A program made the translations under genes and the position numbers. DNA of 54,950 bases from Hydrurus foetidus (Eukaryota). The stretch is from contig UYFQ01000324.1 in NCBI GenBank assembly GCA_900617105.1, forward strand, positions 1-54,950, read 5' to 3'. How positions within the stretch are numbered: position 1 is the stretch's first letter; every line of letters begins with the position of its first letter. A model generated the notes under the pieces. That model did no database searches. It worked only from the letters and a program-made list of their open reading frames with translations, and was not told the origin of the DNA. Below, one piece after another: positions 48,378 to 54,950 of this stretch.

Positions 48378-48821
48378 ATGATGCTCCGACTGTTTTGGAT
48401 CGTGATAATCTCAATCGCGTTGCTGGTGGCGCGAAATCATGCAACAGTCAGCAAATTGGGCTTTCAATTCAAAGGGTTGATAGGCCTGCCGAAATTTCTG
48501 AAGTTACATGTGATGGTCGTATATAAAGACCTGGTGAGTGAGGAGAACTTCTGTCTCGACTTTCTTCCAATTGATGCAGCAAACCCTGAAGTGGTTGCAA
48601 CTATTATCTCGGGGCGATCTGTTCCAGGAGAGATAAGAATTACGAAATCATCGACTTCCACTGGTGGTGCGCAAACCAACAACGTCAACGACAGCGGCGA
48701 TCTCTACGCAAAAAAATTGACGAACGGTTTCGAACCAGAATTAAATCTCTATTTCAATAACTGCTATCATTTTGCATTTCATTGTCTACTGCGAGATGAC
48801 GCAGTTCGGAAGATGTTGTAG
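48378..48821 (+). CDS. Small signal-peptide protein with PPPDE/permuted-papain-like motifs (147 aa)
   Basis: Single ORF with a hydrophobic N-terminus, LHVMVV, DFLP, GRSVPGEIR and LNLYFNNCYHF. Confidence 0.6.
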   Translation: MMLRLFWIVIISIALLVARNHATVSKLGFQFKGLIGLPKFLKLHVMVVYKDLVSEENFCLDFLPIDAANPEVVATIISGRSVPGEIRITKSSTSTGGAQTNNVNDSGDLYAKKLTNGFEPELNLYFNNCYHFAFHCLLRDDAVRKML

Positions 48822-50894
48822 ATTTATTCTTCTCCTGGCAGTGGATATATGCCAGCAAAATACGGTTCCCACATCAACGATAGTCGACAAACAGGTTATT
48901 GAATTGGAAGCCTTTTGGACCATTCTTTTTTCTTTTGAAGAATAGATCACTGGTCGCCCCTGAACCCTGAAAGGGTATCAAATTATTGACTGGGACCGGT
49001 GTCATGGAATCATTGAAGAATATCATGACATGATATCAACACCTGAAGTAGCAGCGTCACCAAAATGTTAATTCCTTCGTGTTTGCTATTTTACACTGCA
49101 ATTAGTACCGTCTTATTTCGAGTAGCTTTCGGCTTCTTCGGTCTTACAGAAAATCGAGCTGGACGTGACCGATGACATCGGAAATTGACTCTTTGAAATC
49201 ACCGAAAGGAGGCGGCATCAATCAAATTTGGTTGATGATTCTTGACGCATTTATTAAGTTGCTTTTATTCTATTCAGCATCAGCGGACAGCTATTTATCA
49301 GGACGTAGCCTCAAGCCACACTCCTCAGGGCGCCCCAGTCAATGATCACATATTGTGCCTAATATTTTGAAGTGCAATTGATTGCTATCCTATCATTCGC
49401 ACTTGAATACCACCTTTTACTACGCAATCCACTATACTTGCTGCCTAGACGATGGAATTTTGACTGCAATCGAGGTCGAGAAGAACTTGTGAACGTCATT
49501 CTAGAGCTGCCCGGATACTTTAATTGCGTCATCCAAAATAATGATAACTAACTTTAAATCTCTCTTGGCGTACAAAGTTCTTGTTGAGGATTGAATCCGC
49601 GGAGCAGAGTTGAATTTCAAATTAGAAATTAGTTATCTTGACCTGGTGATAACTTTCTCAACTAGAAATCGCCTTCGAAACCTTAATCTTTGACATGTGT
49701 TTTACCGTGGCGACAGCAAGTAATTAATAATTAAGATATGTTCGGCATATTTCGTGTTTTGCAATGTTGATAATTGTTACCATAACGGTGGGTCTGGTTC
49801 TATAAAAATAAATTTGCCACTGCATCAAAATGCCAGCCATCTTAATTTGGTGCAACATTCATGACACGAAGGCTAAAATCGAACATCGAAGTAATCTCCA
49901 GCCGGAATCATATGTAAATTCTTTTTAGAATCGTCGTACAAAATTCTCGATAAAAGATATCGTCGCCTCCGGCTCCGGTTAAAAAAATTCCTGTCTGCCT
50001 TTCGAATGCGAAATTCCGACTTTCAGGCCTAGAATTGTGGCGCGTATCCATCAACATACAATGCTGCGCTGCAATGCACAGATTCTGTTGGGACCTCGAA
50101 TGCGTAAATTGAGATTCGGGAGGAAAACGTTGTGCTTATTGCTTTATGTACAGTAAGTGCGCATGGTGACTAGACACACGGGCCTAGGGAAAACAGATAA
50201 TCATGTGTTATCTTTTTCAAAGTTGCGAGTGAGTAACGAATCATGTTATCAGTCTTCGTTAGACATGAGAGTAGCGACAGCATTAAATGAAATAAAATCA
50301 GTGAGAAATCCCACAAGTAAGAAAGGGTAAGGAAAGTTTAACATTAAGAGATATCCTTGTCACGGGTCAGGTATCCAGATAGAAAAAAAATAATGGAAAG
50401 TTCGGGAAGTTACGTGAAAAATATGAGGAAAGCTACAGCGATAAGAATTTCGGTTACGAAGATTGAGTCATTCGTAACGGTTTTGAGATAGCTCCTTAGC
50501 TTGCAGGTGATGTTGTTTGTATGCGACACGGTGCGATGAGTTGCACATCCGTGTAATATAATTGCATTCCTTAATATTTCTCTTTCAGGACACGTTTACA
50601 GTTGGAGTGCTCAACTTGTAGGAGTTGTTGTAGACAAAATAAAGATGTTACTGGCTTCCGCTAAGTGAGTGCGGTCCTTGTGATGGACAATTTAATATCT
50701 TTTGCATTAGTGAAGTTGCAGAGATGCAGTGGGGCGTTGTTGGGTGATCATTTCGAATATTTTTGTTGAGAGTATTGAGCTTTCAGCGACAGATATCCTG
50801 GTCGATGTCTGTGCGCATGTTTTGGATGTAAACCAAGCTGGCGGTTCCAGCTGAGGAATCACTGGGCATGCTTGTACGGCTGCCAGGGTTAGAG

Positions 50895-52111
50895 TTAGAG
50901 ATATTCCAGGTCAGGTCCGCTGTTGCTGATGGCCTGTGAGGAAGGAAGGGCAAGAGGAGGAGGATTCGCAGCGGGTAATGTAGAGTCCCCCTCAGGTGTG
51001 ACTTGACCGTGGGCGATGTAAGCAAGTAGATTGTCGAAGTCGGCTTCGGAATGGTCATGTGTTTCTGTGCCGTCACTGCGCTGTGACGCAGCATCGCTAA
51101 CCGAGTCCGCGTCGTCGCTGTATTCCCCCATGTTGATGTTGCAGTAGTAAGTCATGCAGAGGTCTTCGTCATCGCCTTTGGCTGGCTCTCTCGCCTCATG
51201 GTCGAGATCGACAACTTCGCCCATCCGACCTCTATGACACTTTTTGCGGCACATGACTTCGATGCCTTCTAAGAAGTGCTTCGCTTCGGCTGTCATCGGA
51301 TGGCCACTAGATTTTACGAATGTCTCGAGAAGATTTGTCAGCGAAGTAAGTGATTGGTCCACTGCCAGAATTTTTTCTGACAAGTCGTTTACACAGGACT
51401 TCAGAATGACGTTCTCGTGAGATGCTGGCGCTTCTGTAAGCTGGCCTGTAAATTTTTGTGCTACTTAATGTCAAAAGTTGTGAGTGCTACAGTAGGTGCA
51501 GGGTGAATTTCGAAATGAGAGTCTCTCATGAAGTCTACTCACCTTGACGGACAGCTCTTTTGACGCCGGAAAGGAGGTGGGGCTTCCCGCGAATGAATTT
51601 CGGATGTCGGAATTCCCAACATGGATTATCGGCGGTGGAGAGATCTGATTTGATCTTCTCGAAGCCATCTGTGCGATAGAAGGGAGTTTGCAGTCAATTA
51701 TATTGCTTCCATGCATGAGCTAATTAGTTAAGTGCTGTCACTCACAGAAGTTCAGCTGACGGACAAAGCTGGAGAAGTTGTTGTGCTTGTACACGGTAGG
51801 AATGACGTGTTCTGAGAAGAGCTTTATGTCCCTCACGTGGAAAGAGTTGCCATTTTCCGTCCAACCCCCTGCAATTTTGGTTCCGAAGACTGTTTAGGGT
51901 ATTGAAAAGAACTGAAGCGGAGATAGGAGTAGATTCGGAGCCTACCAAGAGACGGTGGGCAGTTTGAAACAAGATGGTAAGCTTTGCGAAGAAACAGTGA
52001 CGCTGGAGCGTCAATGTCTCTGACACACAGCTTCTTCATACCAGTTTGTTGATGCCTCTTCATACCAGTTTGTTGATGCCTCTTCATACCAGTTTGTTTA
52101 TGTATTTCCAT
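50895..52111 (-). CDS. HSF: Heat shock transcription factor (HSF DNA-binding domain plus coiled coil), 4 exons
   Basis: Exons 52111-51946, 51868-51746, 51668-51543 and 51445-50895 splice to FLRKAYHLVS...GWTENGNSF...YKHNNFSSFVRQLNFYGFEKI...WEFRHPKFIRGKPHLL, followed by a heptad region ENVILKSCVNDLSEKI. Confidence 0.93.
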
Positions 52112-52202
52112 TCTTAGAGCGCTCCGATGATAACTGCTGTATGGGGATAATTATTCTGGACATAAAAGTGGCTTCCTTCAGATACCAAAGTATCAACGTA
52201 CC

Positions 52203-52851
52203 AACAGACAACAGACAACACACAACAGACAACAGACAACAGACAACAGACAACAGACAACAGACAACAGACAACAGACAACAGACAACAGACAACAGAC
52301 AACAGACAACAGACAACAGACAACAGACAACAGACAACATACAACAAACAACATACAACATACAACATACAACAGACAACAGACAACAGACAACACACAA
52401 CAGACAACAGACAACAGACAACAGACAACAGACAACAGACAACAGACAACAGACAACAGACAACAGACAACAGACAACAGACAACAGACAACAGACAACA
52501 GACAACAGACAACAGACAACAGACAACAGACAACAGACAACAGACAACAGACAACAGACAACAGACAACAGACAACAGACAACAGACAACAGACAACAGA
52601 CAACAGACCAACAGACTGACCAACAGACAAACAGACAACACACAACAGACAACAGACAACAGACAACAGACAACAGACAACAGACAACAGACAACAGACA
52701 ACAGACAACAGACAACAGACAACAGACAACAGACAACAGACAACAGACAACAGACAACAGACAACAGACAACAGACAACAGACAACAGACAACAGACAAC
52801 AGACAACAGACAACAGACAACAGACAACAGACAACAGACAACAGACAACAG
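52203..52851. repeat. (ACAACAG)n 7-bp minisatellite upstream of HSF
   Basis: Directly visible, roughly 90 units with a few variants. Confidence 0.97.
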
Positions 52852-52886
52852 ATCGAGAGAAGCTCGAGCTTGGATCTTGGTGTTAA

Positions 52887-53213
52887 GGCCATTCCTTATG
52901 ACGGGCCTGCGTACAGATACAGTTTTTAAATTCCTTGTATGCGCCTTTTGTATTTTCTATTTTTTTCTTGTATCATCTTTATGATGCGTTTGATATAACG
53001 TACATTTTATCGAATATTTTGTACTCTGTTTGGTTAAAAAACCATCTGTATTTCGTCAATCGTCGAATACATTTTTTTCATTTGAGGATATATTTGGAGT
53101 CTAGTGCGACCAGTTCTCGCAATTTAAGGCATAAAAGATGATTTACAGTGCTCTGATTCAAGAAAGCCTATCTTCAACATTTTCTCTTTCACTAGCAACA
53201 GTCTACGTCCTCT
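52887..53213. mobile_element. Possible left end of another Harbinger-family element
   Basis: TAA followed by GGCCATTCCTTA, a 1-mismatch match to the Harbinger TIR GGCCGTTCCTTA, then AT-rich sequence. No partner end is found in the window. Confidence 0.4.
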
Positions 53214-54786
53214 TGTAGTCCGGATAGAGAAGGAGATCGATAGACGAGTAGGTGGTAGTTAGTTACAGCTATGCTAGAAGCTAGGTCAACTTCTGGAAGT
53301 CGGCTGCAGCTAGCTAGCTGGTAGTGCTAGGGATGTATGTGTACTGTAGGCGGAAGGATCGGGTGGAACGTGACGAGGTCCGGTACGGCCCGTAGGCCCG
53401 GTATACCCGGTGCGACCACATTTCCCCCACTTATCTCTTTTTTCGAAGAAATCTAATCTATAACGCGACCACCACGTTTTTCTACAAAAACTATATGTAA
53501 CTAATGATAACTACAGAAAGGAATGGAAAGAAAAATTTTTACGAAAATAAACGAAAAGTATAATAAAATGTATAAACTGTGGTGGGTCGGTCGAAGAGAA
53601 AAAGTGGTGCCTAGTACGTAAGTACATGTGCACGAGGCCTCGATACGTAATTATGTCAGATTTTTACTGACTAAAACCATAAAACCTCCATAGAGGGAAA
53701 ATTAGGAAAAATCTTCAAAAGATAATACGTTGGAGATCAGTCTTCTTAGACTGATGCCTCAAGATTCTTGGGGATAAAATGTTTCATTTTATTGTCCCTC
53801 AAGTATTCATGGAGTGCTTCACAAAGCCGTAGGTTTTTCCACGGCTCCCATGAGTTATGAGTGTCATCGTAATTAAGCCATTTGACTTGGAATGACATTG
53901 TCGTTGGTTTCTTTTGTCACCTGAGTGGTTAAGAACCTTTTCCACTACAAATTCCATGTAGTCGCGACGAGCAGTGTCAGCAGGTACATCCACCTCTGAA
54001 TCACAATTAAAAATTTCAAATTTTTAATATGCACACTTCGTTCTTTGTGTGTAACAAGGTTTGCAAGGACATACTCGGATCCTGTATAGGAGATAACACG
54101 GTACGGGCCATGCCACGTAGTGTGTAACCGAGTTGGCGGTCGATCCGTGTAACGACATAAAACATATGTCCCTATAGGGAACACTGTCGCACACTTAGCT
54201 GATGCCGCGTGTTTAGCGTCTGCAGACATTAAAGCTTAAACAGCTAAATCAAGGACCTTGTCCTGAACACTGATTAAGTCCTCAATGTATGTTGATCTAG
54301 AATGTGTATTTACACTCAAGTGTGGTGTTAGAATACCACGATTCAAGTCAAGCTTGTTTCCGAACAGTAAATGTGCGGGCGCAACTTTTGTGCGTCTATT
54401 AACTGAACTGTTAATGATGCGTTGCACAAATGGGATTGACTTCGCATATCCCTCTAGGGTCTGTTTATCAAAAACAAGACCTCGTAGGTGTCTATTTACT
54501 TCTTTGTTGACTCTCTCAACAATCGCATTTTCCTCTTTCGAGTATGCGAGTGTTAAATTATGTGGCGTACCACAAAGATCTAAAAAATCTTCTATTAAAT
54601 CATTTGTGAAATGGGATCCTCGATCCGATCGTATCATATTTGGCGAGCCGAAGCGGCCAAAATGAGAGAGTAAGCAGTCAGCCACTGATTTTGCGTCTGC
54701 ATTTGCACACCAGAACAGTTCCGTCCATCGTGTGAACGTGTCGATAATGACAAGGATATAACCTTTGTCTGGGAATGGACCGATAT
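53214..54786 (-). mobile_element. Decayed Gypsy chromovirus 3' part (integrase, chromodomain, PPT, 3' LTR 53214-53420)
   Basis: IGPFPDKGYILVIIDTFTRW, SDRG and LAYSKEENAIVERVN closely parallel the integrase at 45475-46857. It carries an in-frame stop and frameshifts. The PPT GTGGGGGAAA precedes TGTGGTCG...ACTACA. Confidence 0.88.
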
Positions 54787-54950
54787 TGTGGCCTTGCCAG
54801 GATCTGGGCACTGGGAGCGGGTCAGCTGGGAGCGGGAGCGAGGGAAAAGAAGCTGGGAGAGCTATTGCTATAGAAACAATGTGGTTAGCTTACAGGTAAA
54901 CACAGCAGGTATCATGGCAATGAATCGGGTGGATCGGATCGTCCTCGATC
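54787..54950. mobile_element. Probable LTR of a further element inserted into the decayed Gypsy integrase
   Basis: Integrase homology stops abruptly at 54786 and new sequence begins with TGTGG; it runs off the window edge. Confidence 0.45.

Noticed and set aside
48830..50880. Possible gene or element between the 48378 gene and HSF
   Set aside because: I found no long ORF, spliceable motif, TIR pair or TSD by eye; left unannotated rather than called empty.
52098..52929. ORFs with CCLLSVV/TTDNRQQ repeats
   Set aside because: Translations of the 7-bp minisatellite.

Overview
Eukaryotic nuclear DNA with GT-AG introns and microsatellite-rich introns. It is most likely from a photosynthetic stramenopile (ochrophyte), inferred from a bipartite plastid-targeting presequence and a diatom-CoDi-like Copia. 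Eight host genes were reconstructed by hand across introns: a DUF6492-like secreted protein, CDC27/APC3, a TLC-domain protein, a thylakoid-lumen protein, farnesyl diphosphate synthase, CCDC12/Cwf18, a PPPDE-like small protein and a heat shock factor. About half of the window is transposable elements with resolvable ends and target-site duplications (TSDs). These include a hAT-type MITE, an intact Harbinger, and an intact Tc1/mariner-superfamily element with a ~1013-aa transposase. A 19.6-kb nest (28643-48238) is built on a three-LTR Copia and holds a Harbinger-type MITE, a TA-TSD element with a 459-bp tandem array, a captured Harbinger fragment, a pogo element and a Gypsy chromovirus. A second, decayed Gypsy nest lies at the right edge. 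The most striking observation is that the intact Copia has no tRNA-type primer-binding site (PBS). The 11 nt abutting its 5' LTR are instead perfectly complementary to an 11-mer inside its own LTR, which is the geometry of Tf1-type self-priming, known to me only from Gypsy elements. All family assignments are from motif recognition by eye; no database searches were run.
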